Numbered from the stretch's first letter, positions 1 through 10,140 are shown. The stretch is DNA of 64,000 nucleotides from an uncultured Verrucomicrobiae bacterium (GCA_963801815.1 CAWDGJ010000002.1:256001-320000), one strand, 5' to 3'. Made by a program: numbers and translations. The notes: generated from the sequence alone by a model not told the origin.

Positions 1-1651
1 ATTGCCGGCGCACTTCTCGCACGACCGCGCCAGCGGCTTTGCCGACCGCATCCATGCTGAAGGCGGTGAAAATGAATGGCAACAAACCGCCGAGGAAAAG
101 ACCGATGATGACTTTCGGTTCGTTGAGCGAAAACTGAAAGTCGAACGTCTGGCCCTTGCCGGCGAAGTGCGCTTTCAATTCCTCGACGTAGGAACCGAAC
201 AACACCAGAGCGGCGAGTCCGGCCGACGCGATGGCGTAGCCTTTGGTGACTGCCTTCATCGTGTTGCCAACGGCGTCGAGTTCGTCTGTCACGACGCGCA
301 CTTCCTTCGGCAGATGGCTCATCACCGCGACGCCGCCGGCGTTGTCCGTGATCGGCCCAAACGCGTCGAGCGAGATGATGATTCCCGCCATCGACAGCAT
401 CCACATGACCGCGATCGCGATTCCGTAAAGACCCGCGAAATGAAAGCTAAGCAGAATGGCGATACCGATGAAACCGACCGGCAACGCAGTCGCGTGCTGG
501 CCGACGGCGAGTCCGGCGATGATGTTGGTCGCGTGACCGGTTTCGGACGCGCGCGCGATCTTCTGTACCGGCGCGTAGCTCATCGACGTGTAGTAATTCG
601 TGATCACGACTACGACAGCGGTCATGACCAGGCCAACGAGCGAGGCAAAATACAGATCGGTCGGCGTTCGCATCACGCCCGCGATCGTGACTCCAGTCGG
701 GAAAAGAATATGGGTCGCCGGCCAAAAGAGAATCGCCGAGACGATCGCGCTCGTTAAGACACCGCCCATAAGAGTAGTGCCCGGTTTCGCTTTCGTCAGG
801 TTGACAAACAGGACACCGCAAATCGCGCCGAGCACGGAGATTCCGCCGAGGACGAACGGATAAATTATTGCCGCCGGGCGTTCGCGAGCGTGAGCGCGCC
901 GACCAGGATCGCGCCGATCAAACTGACGGCGTAGGTTTCGAAAACGTCGGCCGCCATGCCCGCGCAATCGCCGACATTGTCGCCGACGTTGTCGGCGATC
1001 GTCGCCGGGTTGCGCGGATCGTCTTCTTCGAGGCCTTGCTCGATTTTTCCAACGAGATCGGCGCCGACGTCGGCCGCTTTGGTGTAAATGCCGCCGCCCA
1101 GTCGCGCAAAGACGCTGATCAAACTCGCGCCGAGGGCCAGACCGACCAGGCTTCGGACCGCCAGGTCGTGGCCCACCATTTTGCCTGCCAGCGTATAAAA
1201 GATTGAAACCGCCAGCAGGGCTAGACCCGACGACCAGCAGACCAGTCACGGCGCCGCCATTGAACGCCATTCGCAACGCCTGGGTCAGCGAGCTGGTCGC
1301 TGCCTGCGTCGTCCGCACGTTGGCCATAACCGCGATGCGCATGCCGATAAACCCTGCGGAGAGCGAACAGAACGCGCCAATGAGGAAACCAACCGCGGTC
1401 GGATGATCCTTAAAGATAAAGAGCAGAATAAAGATGACGATCGCGATGACGCTGATCGTCACCACCTGCCGATTGAGGTACGCTTTTGCGCCCTCCTGGA
1501 CCGCTCCGGCAATCTGCCGCATCCTTTCGTTCCCAGCCGGCGCCCGAATCACGATGGCAATCAGGACAAAGGCGAAGACAAGGCCGACTACGGCACAACA
1601 CATCGACAGTGGCACGCCGGAATCGAGAAGATTGAGAGCAAAAAACACCAT
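1..1651 (-). CDS. hppA: Membrane-bound H+-translocating pyrophosphatase, K+-independent type; runs off the window start and has apparent indels near 865 and 1180-1225
   Basis: ATG at 1651 reads [10 protein letters not shown]...[24 protein letters not shown] 865..1179 has [54 protein letters not shown]. Near 240-290 the minus strand reads [17 protein letters not shown]. Confidence 0.93.
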   Translation of the reverse strand, partial: MVFFALNLLDSGVPLSMCCAVVGLVFAFVLIAIVIRAPAGNERMRQIAGAVQEGAKAYLNRQVVTISVIAIVIFILLFIFKDHPTAVGFLIGAFCSLSAGFIGMRIAVMANVRTTQAATSSLTQALRMAFNGGAVTGLLVVGSSPAGGFNLLYAGRQNGGPRPGGPKPGRSGPRREFDQRLCATGRRHLHQSGRRRRRSRWKNRARPRRRRSAQPGDDRRQRRRQCRRLRGHGGRRFRNLRRQFDRRDPGRRAHARERPAAIIYPFVLGGISVLGAICGVLFVNLTKAKPGTTLMGGVLTSAIVSAILFWPATHILFPTGVTIAGVMRTPTDLYFASLVGLVMTAVVVVITNYYTSMSYAPVQKIARASETGHATNIIAGLAVGQHATALPVGFIGIAILLSFHFAGLYGIAIAVMWMLSMAGIIISLDAFGPITDNAGGVAVMSHLPKEVRVVTDELDAVGNTMKAVTKGYAIASAGLAALVLFGSYVEELKAHFAGKGQTFDFQFSLNEPKVIIGLFLGGLLPFIFTAFSMDAVGKAAGAVVREVRRQ

Positions 1652-1674
1652 GACTTTGCGCGGTAAAGCGCACG

Positions 1675-1702
1675 ACTCTATGAAGATTTCCCGCGCTGGC
1701 AA
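1675..1702 (-). promoter_or_regulatory. Putative sigma70 promoter for hppA
   Basis: Minus strand TTGCCA-N16-TAGAGT ending about 24 nt upstream of the ATG. Confidence 0.4.
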
Positions 1703-1745
1703 AGCCTATTTGCCATTGCACTCTAACCCTTTGCCAAACTCGCAA

Positions 1746-3254
1746 TTACAGCGCGAAAAAAGTTTTCAGACGGTTGACAAAGTTCGCGGTGTATTCGCGT
1801 TGTTTGGCCGCCTGATCAGCACTCAAAGACGTTGCGTCTTTCAGAATGCCTTCGGTTTCCATTTTGCGTCGAGCCAACAGTTCGCTCAGCTGACGAAGGC
1901 AATCCGGCGATTCCCGAATAACGTCACCCATAACGTCCTTACCAATCTCCATCACGTAACAATCACCTTCTGCGCGCACAGTCGCGCTCCGCTTCTCGCC
2001 GGTTAACAGCGACATCTCGCCAAAACAATCTCCTGACCGCAGCGTCGCCACTGGAATTGTCGATCCATTTTGGGTAACGGAAACCTGTGCGTCTCCGCGC
2101 AGGAGAATGAACATCGAGTCGCCTTCCGCGCCTTCCTCAATCACGCGCTCGCCACGGCCAAAGTGATTTAGCTCCGATTGTTGAACGAGGTTCTGGATTT
2201 GGACGTCGGACAAACATTGGAAGAGCGGCTCGCCACGCAAAATCGCGCGCGCTTCTTCGTAACCTTCCGGCACTGGGCCGGGGGCACGACGCTCGAGATG
2301 CAACGTGCGAATCGGATACGGAATGGTGATCCGCTGCCGTTTCAATTCGTACCAGATATTCGTGCGCACGGCGTCGTTAATTTCGTTAATGCGAGCGTGA
2401 TTGCCCATGTAGAACTTGATCTCGTAGATCACCGCGTGGTCGGCGAAGTCGACGAGAAAAACCTTCACTGGCGGAGTGGCCAGAACGCCACGCGCATTCG
2501 ACGCGGCGCGACCGAGAGCGTCTTTCCCCCGGTTCGGTGGCACGTTGTAATCGAGGCCAATGCGGATCCGCATCGCATGGACCTCGGTCGGATAATGGAG
2601 GTTGATGATCGTGCTCTTGACGATCTCGTTGTTTGGAATGTCGAGATAAATGGTGTCGTTGGTGCACAGGCGTGTGGACCGCCAGTTAATCTCGCGAACT
2701 TCACCGTAGGTCTCCCCGACTTTCAGCCAGTCTCCCACCTTGTAAGGCCGATTGAGCTGGATCGACATTCCGGCGATAATCCCGGCGAAGAAATTCTGGC
2801 CAGCGAATCCAAGGATGATCGCGATCGCGCCTGAGCCGACAAGCACGCCCTTCAACTGGGTTTCGGCGTGGTAGCCGAAACTGAGCACGAGCAGAAGAAC
2901 GACCAAAAACATCACTCCGGCCATCAGTTCCCGAAGAAAATGCGGGATGGTGATTTTTTTACGCTTCTCGAAGTACCAATCCCACAGGTATCGATTGATC
3001 AACGCGACGGCAAACGCCGTGCTAAGAAGGATTGCAGCCGCACCGATGTGGTTGCGCCAGGTCGCATGGACACCGTACACCGCCAGTGCGACATAAAACG
3101 CGAACGTCAGGCAAAAAAGTTGATAAAGGATTCCGAGTCGCACGCCGGCACGGCGCTTTAAAAGACGACCGATACTGAGCGCGACGAAAAACGTTCCGAT
3201 AAAGGCGCCGACGGTCAGCGCCGCCCGCTGTGTGTCGAACAAGATGGCGAACAT
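1746..3254 (-). CDS. MscS-family mechanosensitive channel with C-terminal cyclic-nucleotide-binding domain (bCNG-like)
   Basis: N-terminal TM helices; MscS signature (RPYKVGDWLKVGETYGEVREINWRST...IPNN); CNBD motif GDCFGEMSLLTGEKRSATVRA. Confidence 0.9.
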   Translation of the reverse strand: MFAILFDTQRAALTVGAFIGTFFVALSIGRLLKRRAGVRLGILYQLFCLTFAFYVALAVYGVHATWRNHIGAAAILLSTAFAVALINRYLWDWYFEKRKKITIPHFLRELMAGVMFLVVLLLVLSFGYHAETQLKGVLVGSGAIAIILGFAGQNFFAGIIAGMSIQLNRPYKVGDWLKVGETYGEVREINWRSTRLCTNDTIYLDIPNNEIVKSTIINLHYPTEVHAMRIRIGLDYNVPPNRGKDALGRAASNARGVLATPPVKVFLVDFADHAVIYEIKFYMGNHARINEINDAVRTNIWYELKRQRITIPYPIRTLHLERRAPGPVPEGYEEARAILRGEPLFQCLSDVQIQNLVQQSELNHFGRGERVIEEGAEGDSMFILLRGDAQVSVTQNGSTIPVATLRSGDCFGEMSLLTGEKRSATVRAEGDCYVMEIGKDVMGDVIRESPDCLRQLSELLARRKMETEGILKDATSLSADQAAKQREYTANFVNRLKTFFAL

Positions 3255-3307
3255 CAGCTAATCGCTGCGAATCATACTCCCATGACAACTTTACGACAAG
3301 CAGGCGT

Positions 3308-3370
3308 TGTAGCTGCCGATGTCCTCGTCGGCAGGGCTCTGACCGGCCTCCAGAGACGGCGGCAGCTTTA
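3308..3370. repeat. REP-like double-hairpin element (TGTAG...)
   Basis: tgtagctgccgatgtcctcgtcggcag ... gacggcggcagcttta, intergenic. Confidence 0.55.
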
Positions 3371-3384
3371 ACTGCCTCAACATC

Positions 3385-4185
3385 TTAGTCGCGCGATGCC
3401 TTCTTTAGCTCGTCCAGACGGCGAATGATGTCACTCAACAACAGCTCGTTCTTGAGGTTCACCTGATAATCGAGATTGGCTCGCAACCGGTCCTTATGCG
3501 CCTGGCGGTTCTGCGACATCATAATGATCGGCGCTTGCAGCGCTGTGATTACGTTGAGGGCAAGATTCAGCAGGATGAACGGAAATGGATCGAACGGCTT
3601 CCGTGTCAGCAAAAACGTGTTCGTTATAATCCAGATCACGAACAGCGCGATCGAAACGAGGATGAATTTCCAACTGCCACCGAACTCCGCGATCGTGTCC
3701 GCCGCGCGATCGGCGAACGTCAGTTGCGCCTGTTCTTCCTGATTCACGTTGCGGGAAACGCGATGTCGCAAAAGATCGTCGGTGCGCCGCAAACGCGCTG
3801 TTAATGACGTCAGTAATTCGAGGGTCACGCGAGGATCGCTTCGCATGAACGACAGAAAGTCATCGCGGGTAAGTTTGGCCACCCGTGCATGCTCGGTCGC
3901 AATTGCGTTGGCCGATCGTCCGTGGCCGTCGAGCATGGCCATCTCGCCGAAGAAATCTCCAGGACCCAGCACTGCCAGAATTACGGAATGGCCGTCCGCG
4001 TCTGTCAGTGTGATGTGAACCTTGCCAACATCAATCAAGTACATGGCGTCACCCGGGTCACCGGTGCGAAAAATCGTCGAGGACTCTGGATAATCGTGGA
4101 TGGTCAGATACCCGCCCAGCTCCGCCGTCGCCTTCGAATCAAGCGACGAGAAAATGGGAACCGAACGTAAAGCCGCTACATCCAT
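3385..4185 (-). CDS. Cyclic-nucleotide-binding domain plus DUF1003 membrane protein
   Basis: CNBD GDFFGEMAMLDGHGRSANA, then DUF1003 motifs FGGSWKF, FDPFPFILLNL and QAPIIMMSQNRQ. Confidence 0.9.
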   Translation of the reverse strand: MDVAALRSVPIFSSLDSKATAELGGYLTIHDYPESSTIFRTGDPGDAMYLIDVGKVHITLTDADGHSVILAVLGPGDFFGEMAMLDGHGRSANAIATEHARVAKLTRDDFLSFMRSDPRVTLELLTSLTARLRRTDDLLRHRVSRNVNQEEQAQLTFADRAADTIAEFGGSWKFILVSIALFVIWIITNTFLLTRKPFDPFPFILLNLALNVITALQAPIIMMSQNRQAHKDRLRANLDYQVNLKNELLLSDIIRRLDELKKASRD

Positions 4186-4259
4186 GGCGCGGCATTATAA
4201 ACACGACCAGGCTCAGCATGGAAGCCGCGCGTTGGAGCTGCCGCCGGGGACAGCGGCAG

Positions 4260-4604
4260 CTAGCCCTTCGGTGGCGAGATGACCAGCCACGCCCAGCCCG
4301 CGAGAAAACATAATCCGCCGAGCGGCGTGATCGCGCCCAACCAACGCACGCCAGTCAACCCCATCCCGTACAAACTGCCGCTAAAAATAACGATGCCGGC
4401 GAACAGCAGCCACCACGCACCGCGATTTGCTGTTCCAAAATATGCCAGCACAAAGAGTGCGATCGCGTGAATGAAATGATAGAGCACCGCCTTGTTCCAA
4501 ACATCGATGAGATTGCGCGCCTCAAGGGTCGGCTTCAGCCAATGCGCACCAAAGGCACCCAATGCCACCGCCAAAAAACACAAAGCCGCCGCAATTCGAA
4601 TCAT
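4260..4604 (-). CDS. DUF423 (YwdK/YgdD-like) membrane protein
   Basis: VALGAFGAH, FSGSLY and GAITPLGG motifs. Confidence 0.9.
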   Translation of the reverse strand: MIRIAAALCFLAVALGAFGAHWLKPTLEARNLIDVWNKAVLYHFIHAIALFVLAYFGTANRGAWWLLFAGIVIFSGSLYGMGLTGVRWLGAITPLGGLCFLAGWAWLVISPPKG

Positions 4605-4656
4605 GACGACATTATGCCAATAAAACGATGATTGTCAGCGACACCTACAATCACCC

Positions 4657-4983
4657 ATGATTCGAAGCATGACCCGGCGAATCAAACGAATCGCACCGCT
4701 TCAGGCGGGAAAGATGCTCGGCGTACTTTATGCCTGCATGGGCTTACTTTTTCTTCCCTTCTTTGCTTTAGCGGGATTGGCCGGCGCTTTCGCTCAGCAA
4801 AGCCAGCAAGTTCAGACTGCAGGAGGCCCGCCGGCGGCAATCTTCGCTGCCATGATGTTCGGATTCGGAATTTTCATGCCGGTGTTCTACGGCATCTTCG
4901 GCTTTATCTTCGGAGTAATCTCCGCCGCGATCTACAATCTTATCGCCCAGTGGATTGGCGGAATTGAGGTCGAAGTCGAATGA
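4657..4983 (+). CDS. Small membrane protein (DUF3566-like)
   Basis: IKRIAPLQAGKMLGVLY...AAIYNLIAQWIGGIEVEVE, two hydrophobic segments. Confidence 0.7.
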   Translation: MIRSMTRRIKRIAPLQAGKMLGVLYACMGLLFLPFFALAGLAGAFAQQSQQVQTAGGPPAAIFAAMMFGFGIFMPVFYGIFGFIFGVISAAIYNLIAQWIGGIEVEVE

Positions 4984-5409
4984 TCAGTCGACCACTTCGA
5001 GGCCCATTTGGCGGGCGGTACCTTCGATAATCCGAAATGCCGCTTCGTCGCTGCGGGCGTTCAGGTCTTTGCGCTTCGTGTTCACGATGTCCATAACCTG
5101 TTTGCGCGTGACCTTGCCGACTTTTTCTTTGTTCGGTTCTTTCGAACCGGCGGCGATGTTGGCCGCTTTCTTTAACAGGATTGCTGCGGGCGGACTCTTG
5201 GTGATAAAGGTGAACGACTTGTCCTTGAAGACAGTGATCACGACCGGAAGAATGTCGCCGGCTTGTTTCTGAGTGGCCGCGTTAAATTCTTTGCAGAACG
5301 CCATGATGTTGATGCCGCGCGGTCCAAGCGCGGTACCGACAGGCGGCGCGGGGTTTGCCTGACCGGCCGGAATCTGCAATTTGATCTGAGCAATAACTTC
5401 TTTAGCCAT
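4984..5409 (-). CDS. rplK: 50S ribosomal protein L11
   Basis: [20 protein letters not shown]...FCKEFNA...GTARQMG. Confidence 0.98.
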   Translation of the reverse strand: MAKEVIAQIKLQIPAGQANPAPPVGTALGPRGINIMAFCKEFNAATQKQAGDILPVVITVFKDKSFTFITKSPPAAILLKKAANIAAGSKEPNKEKVGKVTRKQVMDIVNTKRKDLNARSDEAAFRIIEGTARQMGLEVVD

Positions 5410-5416
5410 CTAAATT

Positions 5417-5444
5417 GTTGAGAGTTGAGGGTTGATAGTTGAAA
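5417..5444. repeat. Heptamer tandem repeat (GTTGA-N2) x4
   Basis: gttgaga gttgagg gttgata gttgaaa between nusG and rplK. Confidence 0.75.
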
Positions 5445-5464
5445 AATGCCTGTCCGGCTCGGAC

Positions 5465-6034
5465 CTAACCGCGTTCGACTTGCCAGTACTCGAGTTCGAC
5501 CGGAGTTGCGCGACCGAAAATTGTTACCGACACACGCAGCTTGCCGCGTTCCGGATCGATTTCTTCGACGATGCCGTTCTGATTTTGGAACGGTCCGTCT
5601 GCTACCTTGACGGTCTCGCCAACTTCGAAGCTGACTTTCGGTTTCACCTTCTCCTCGCGCTCTTTCATTTGCGCGAGCATCGATTCCACTTCCGACTGCC
5701 TCATCGGAATGGGCTTGTCCTTGGTTCCAGCAAATCCGATCACGCCGGACGTTTCACGAATGAAATACCAGGTGCGGCCGATGAGCTGATTGTTCTCGTC
5801 GAGCAAATGCATGTTCACGATCAAGTAACCGGGGAAAAACTTCCGCGTTGTCTCGCTTTTCTTACCCTTCTTGATTTCCGAGACCCGCTCCGTAGGGACG
5901 AGCACTTCGTAAACCAGATCGCTCATCTCCTCGGTCTTCACCCGCTTGTCGATGTTCTCCTTGACCTTGTTCTCCTGGCCAGAGAGCACGTGGACCACGT
6001 ACCACTGATCTTTGCCTGCGAGTGTCTGGGCCAT
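5465..6034 (-). CDS. nusG: Transcription termination/antitermination factor NusG
   Basis: WYVVHVLSGQENKV, FFPGY, KOW domain, IFGRATPVEL. Confidence 0.98.
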   Translation of the reverse strand: MAQTLAGKDQWYVVHVLSGQENKVKENIDKRVKTEEMSDLVYEVLVPTERVSEIKKGKKSETTRKFFPGYLIVNMHLLDENNQLIGRTWYFIRETSGVIGFAGTKDKPIPMRQSEVESMLAQMKEREEKVKPKVSFEVGETVKVADGPFQNQNGIVEEIDPERGKLRVSVTIFGRATPVELEYWQVERG

Positions 6035-6036
6035 AA

Positions 6037-6255
6037 CTAGTGCAGCTTGGTAAAGTAATGGACAACGTTCACGAGCACAAAATCGAACAACGCCACGTAA
6101 CCGCCCAGCAACAGCATGGCGATGATGACGACGAGCGTCGAATCAACCAGTTCCTTGTATTTGCGAAACCCTTTTTCTTTTGGGTCCCACGGCCAGGAAG
6201 CTTTTTGAAGCTCGACCTTTACTTCGCTAATAAAATTTCTTGTTTTAGCAATCAT
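6037..6255 (-). CDS. secE: Preprotein translocase subunit SecE
   Basis: EVKVELQKASWP plus a single TM helix; located between tRNA-Trp and nusG; ATG at 6255. Confidence 0.93.
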   Translation of the reverse strand: MIAKTRNFISEVKVELQKASWPWDPKEKGFRKYKELVDSTLVVIIAMLLLGGYVALFDFVLVNVVHYFTKLH

Positions 6256-6295
6256 CGCTCGGCGCGAACGGGACGCGGTTTGGCTACCGCCAAAC

Positions 6296-6327
6296 TTCAT
6301 CCTTCATAATTCATTCTTCATCCTTCC
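6296..6327. repeat. Heptamer tandem repeat (TTCAT-N2) x4
   Basis: ttcatcc ttcataa ttcattc ttcatcc ttcc between tRNA-Trp and secE. Confidence 0.75.
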
Positions 6328-6333
6328 AAAGAG

Positions 6334-6406
6334 CACGCCAGGAGGGACTCGAACCCCCAACAGGCGGTTTTGGAGACCGCTACTCTACCAATTGAGTTAC
6401 TGGCGT
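6334..6406 (-). tRNA. tRNA-Trp (CCA); 3' CCA not encoded
   Basis: Cloverleaf ACGCCAG..GCGGT-CT-CCA-AA-ACCGC..GGGGG-TTCGAGT-CCCTC-CTGGCGT-G. Confidence 0.96.
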
Positions 6407-6417
6407 ATGTTTCAATT

Positions 6418-6445
6418 TCGAAATTCGAGTTTCGAAATTCGAATT
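6418..6445. repeat. Heptamer tandem repeat (TCGA-N2-T) x4
   Basis: tcgaaat tcgagtt tcgaaat tcgaatt between the tuf stop and tRNA-Trp. Confidence 0.75.
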
Positions 6446-7629
6446 TAATCGAGAATATCGCTCACGCGACCCGCGCCAACGGTCTTGCCGCCTTCGCGAA
6501 TAGCGAAACGAATCGTCTTCTCCATGGCGATCGGCGTAATCAGCTCCACCTCAATGGAGATATTGTCGCCGGGCATCACCATTTCGACGCCTTGGGGCAG
6601 TTTCACCGTGCCAGTAACGTCAGTGGTCCGGAAGTAAAACTGTGGCCGATAGTTCGAGAAAAATGGCGTGTGACGCCCACCCTCCTCCTTGCTCAACACG
6701 TAAACCTCCGCCTTGAATTTCTTGTGCGGCGTAATCGAGCCGGGCTTGGCAATGACCTGACCGCGCTCTACGTCTTCCTTCTTCACACCGCGGAGCAACA
6801 CACCGACGTTGTCGCCGGCGCGGGCTTCATCAAGAAGTTTGCGGAACATTTCGATGTCGGTCGCGACCGTTTTGATCGTCGGTTTGATTCCAACAATCTC
6901 GACTTCCTCCATCTTCTTGAGAATTCCGCGATCAACCCGACCGGTCGCAACGGTGCCGCGCCCTTCAATGTTGAACACATCTTCGACTGCCATCATGAAC
7001 GGCTGATCGATCGGCCGCTCGGGGAGCGGAATGTAGTCGTCGATCGCCTGCACCAGCGCGAGAACTTGCTTCTCCGCTTCGGCGTCACCGTTCAGCGCCT
7101 TGAGCGCGCTGCCTTTAACGATTGGAATCTTGTCTCCCGGGAATTCGTATTGCGTGAGCAGATCGCGCACTTCCATCTCTACGAGATCGAGAAGTTCGGG
7201 ATCGTCGACCATGTCGACCTTGTTTAGGAACACAACGATCGACGGCACACCGACCTGACGTGCGAGCAGAATGTGTTCGCGGGTCTGCGGCATTGGACCG
7301 TCCGCTGCGCTCACCACCAGAATTGCGCCGTCCATTTGGGCCGCGCCGGTGATCATGTTTTTCACATAGTCAGCGTGACCGGGACAATCGACGTGTGCGT
7401 AATGGCGCTTGTCACTCTGATATTCCACGTGCGCGGTGTTGATCGTAATTCCGCGTTCTTTTTCTTCCGGCGCGTTATCGATCGAATCATACGCGCGGGC
7501 TTCGGCCATGCCCTTCTTCGCCAGCACGCTGGTGATGGCGGCTGTGAGCGTGGTCTTGCCGTGGTCAACGTGACCGATTGTGCCGACGTTTAAGTGCGGC
7601 TTGTCGCGTTTAAATGCTTCCTTTGCCAT
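6445..7629 (-). CDS. tuf: Elongation factor Tu
   Basis: [32 protein letters not shown]. Confidence 0.99.
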   Translation of the reverse strand: MAKEAFKRDKPHLNVGTIGHVDHGKTTLTAAITSVLAKKGMAEARAYDSIDNAPEEKERGITINTAHVEYQSDKRHYAHVDCPGHADYVKNMITGAAQMDGAILVVSAADGPMPQTREHILLARQVGVPSIVVFLNKVDMVDDPELLDLVEMEVRDLLTQYEFPGDKIPIVKGSALKALNGDAEAEKQVLALVQAIDDYIPLPERPIDQPFMMAVEDVFNIEGRGTVATGRVDRGILKKMEEVEIVGIKPTIKTVATDIEMFRKLLDEARAGDNVGVLLRGVKKEDVERGQVIAKPGSITPHKKFKAEVYVLSKEEGGRHTPFFSNYRPQFYFRTTDVTGTVKLPQGVEMVMPGDNISIEVELITPIAMEKTIRFAIREGGKTVGAGRVSDILD

Positions 7630-7701
7630 ATCAATGTCTCCTGTTAACTGACTGAAACTTCGTCCTTTTTTAAAACTGTCGTCCCTGTCGCGAGCTCAAA
7701 C

Positions 7702-7777
<76 letters not shown>

Positions 7778-7871
7778 CGGTTTGCCTCCCGCGTGTAGAA
7801 CTAAAAGTCCCAAAGCCGCGTCAAATTGCAACGACCATGGGACCAACTCGTTCTCGCAAAAAGCGTCCGAA

Positions 7872-7899
7872 ACGGTAGTCGCGCCGGGGGTAGTGTCAA
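7872..7899 (-). promoter_or_regulatory. Putative sigma70 promoter of the tRNA-Thr-tuf operon
   Basis: Minus strand TTGACA-N16-TACCGT. Confidence 0.5.
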
Positions 7900-7918
7900 A
7901 GCAATTTTAAGCTCCCAA

Positions 7919-8041
7919 AGGTGGATCGAGCAGTCCTTTATCCGCAGTTGGGATGGATGCGTCCTCTGGCAAGATCGGCGTCCGATTCAGGCGCAAATTG
8001 GACGTTTCCTGAGCATCGCCCGCGGAGCGGCCGATCCCACC
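7919..8041. repeat. Palindromic interspersed repeat, AGGTGGATCG family (degenerate copy)
   Basis: aggtggatcgagcagtcc...catcgcccgcggagcggccgatcccacc; both ends match 22634..22721. Confidence 0.75.
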
Positions 8042-8045
8042 GGAT

Positions 8046-9008
8046 TTAGCGGATTCGGGTGGAACTGGTCTGCTCCGGTTTCCCGCGAGTCACGATTCGC
8101 ACCACCACCGCGATGAGCGCTAAAATCACCAGAACACTAAAGACCCTGACCGGCGTTAAAAGCGGCGCGCTGGGCACTGGAGTTGGCGTTGGAGGCGGAG
8201 CGTTCTTAGCCGCCAACCGGCCCTGGGCATATTTGAGGCGCTCGACGGTTTCCTGGTCAGCCGGTTCCATCTTCAAAGCCAGTTGATAATCCGCGATGGC
8301 TTTTTCGTAATCTTCGGCCACCGCGTAGGTATAGCCACGGCGAGCGTATTCCGGCTCATAGGTGGGATTCTTTTCGATCGCCGCTGTGTAATCCTGAATG
8401 GCGGCAGGAAAGTTATTCAGATTTCGGTAGGCCAGCGCTCGCTGGTCGTAATTTTGCTGATCGTTTGGATTCTTTTGAATCGCAACGGTGAAATCCGCAA
8501 CCGCTTTGTCCCATTGCTTTAAACCGACGTAGGCGAAGCCTCGGAATTTGTAGATAAGACCCTCGTCTCCCTTTAGCTCAAGCGCCTTATCTAGGTCAGC
8601 AACTGCGGCATCGTATGTGATTTGCGCAAGCTCGGTCTGAGCGCGCTCAATATAGCCAGCGGCGCTCTTCGGCGAGAGCTCAATCATCTTGGAAAAATCC
8701 GCGTTCGACGCGTTGAAACGTGTCGCAGCGGCGGGCCCATCAGCGGCAGCCACCGCTGCCCGGCCTGCGGCACGATACGCGGTGCCGCGATCATGATAAG
8801 CCTCAGGGTTGTCCGGAGCGGCCTCGACTGCCTTTGTGAACTCTTCGATCGCCTTGTCGAATTGTTTGGCGTCGTAGAACTCGACGCCTTTGCGGTGATG
8901 CTCCTCGGCATCACCACCGCCGCCACCGTGGCGCTTCGCATAAACTCCCGGCGCCGCTATGATCGCCGACAACAAAACCGTTGAGATGACTAGGGTTCGA
9001 ATCTTCAT
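8046..9008 (-). CDS. Exported TPR-repeat protein with Pro/Thr linker and C-terminal membrane anchor
   Basis: Signal peptide MKIRTLVISTVLLSAIIAAPGVYA; repeated AY..RG..Y/A.ADF..AI TPR units; PPPTPTPVP; TM helix. Confidence 0.85.
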   Translation of the reverse strand: MKIRTLVISTVLLSAIIAAPGVYAKRHGGGGGDAEEHHRKGVEFYDAKQFDKAIEEFTKAVEAAPDNPEAYHDRGTAYRAAGRAAVAAADGPAAATRFNASNADFSKMIELSPKSAAGYIERAQTELAQITYDAAVADLDKALELKGDEGLIYKFRGFAYVGLKQWDKAVADFTVAIQKNPNDQQNYDQRALAYRNLNNFPAAIQDYTAAIEKNPTYEPEYARRGYTYAVAEDYEKAIADYQLALKMEPADQETVERLKYAQGRLAAKNAPPPTPTPVPSAPLLTPVRVFSVLVILALIAVVVRIVTRGKPEQTSSTRIR

Positions 9009-9101
9009 GTTTCTCCTCCGCGCCTCAATTTTTGAGCAATTAATGCCTCGCAAGCCAGCAAATTAAACTGCGAAATCGCCCCGGCATGCCAAAATCAGCC
9101 G

Positions 9102-10037
9102 ATGGACGAGCGCGCGCGTCAACTCTCCCGGGGATACGGCGCGGTTTTCGCCACTATCGGAATCTGGTCCCTGCCATCGCTTTTCCAGTTCTATTTAAAT
9201 CGCTTCTACGATCCGTGGTCGCAAAATTTCTATCGCTACGCCGTTGCTTGTCTCGCAATCATTCCGTTTGTTCTGCTTCATTTTCGTCGCGGCCCTAAGA
9301 TCGACATCCGAGCGGTGGGCGCCTGCTTGATCCCGTGTCTGCCCAACGTCGTCCACCAAATCACGCAGGTCGTCGCCTTGTTTTATATGGGTCCGGGCGT
9401 TTACGCGATCTTCATTCGTTCTTCGGTAATCTTCACCGCCCTGCTCGCGCTCGCTTTTTTTCCGGAGGAACGGTCCGTGATTCGGCAGTGGCAGTTTCAA
9501 ATCGGCACGCTCCTCGGTCTAGTCGGGGCCTTCGGTGTAATTTGGTTCCAATCTAACGGGCAGGATCGACACATTGCCTTACCGGGATTGTTCATCGCGT
9601 TCACCGCTTCTCTTTGTTGGGCCCTCTACGCGTCTCTTATTAAACGTCCCTCCGCCCGCCTGGGCCCGATTCGAAGCTTCGGTATCGTCAGTATCATCAC
9701 GTCAGTCCTGTTGCTTCCGTTGACGTTCGCGTTTGGAAACATCGCCACTCCGCTTCATGTCACCGCGCACGTGAATTTGATTTTGATCATCTCCGCGATC
9801 ACCTGCATCACCCTGGCTCATGTTCTTTATTACGTCGCCATTCGCGAAATCGGCGTGGCGCTCGCGCAAAGCTTGCAGCTTCTCTGTCCGATCGGCGCGC
9901 TCGGCTTGTCCGCGCTGATTTTTCACGAGCGTCTGACCTTCCCGCAACTCATTAGCTCCGCCATCTTGCTGAGTGGTGCATTCCTCGCGATGCAAACCAA
10001 ACCCGTCGCTCTCACCGAAACCGCGGAGAATATCTAG
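9102..10037 (+). CDS. DMT/EamA family transporter
   Basis: About 10 TM segments in two EamA-like halves; ...LIFHERLT. Confidence 0.85.
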   Translation: MDERARQLSRGYGAVFATIGIWSLPSLFQFYLNRFYDPWSQNFYRYAVACLAIIPFVLLHFRRGPKIDIRAVGACLIPCLPNVVHQITQVVALFYMGPGVYAIFIRSSVIFTALLALAFFPEERSVIRQWQFQIGTLLGLVGAFGVIWFQSNGQDRHIALPGLFIAFTASLCWALYASLIKRPSARLGPIRSFGIVSIITSVLLLPLTFAFGNIATPLHVTAHVNLILIISAITCITLAHVLYYVAIREIGVALAQSLQLLCPIGALGLSALIFHERLTFPQLISSAILLSGAFLAMQTKPVALTETAENI

Positions 10038-10071
10038 CAGATCGTTGGTTTCACTCAGAGTGATTGCCTCT

Positions 10072-10140
10072 GATGCTGGATTCACGATACTGGATTCTCG
10101 ATCTGGCTTATCCAGCATCAAGGATCGAGGATCCAGTATC
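10072..10140. repeat. Inverted pair of heptamer arrays (GAT-N4 / ATC-N4)
   Basis: gatgctg gattcac gatactg gattctc gat ... atccagc atcaagg atcgagg atccagt atc. Confidence 0.75.

Noticed and set aside
2..757. Long antisense ORFs (for example 2..757, 6370..7227, 51687..52703)
   Set aside because: These are shadow frames opposite well-supported genes in GC-rich DNA, with no recognisable motifs.
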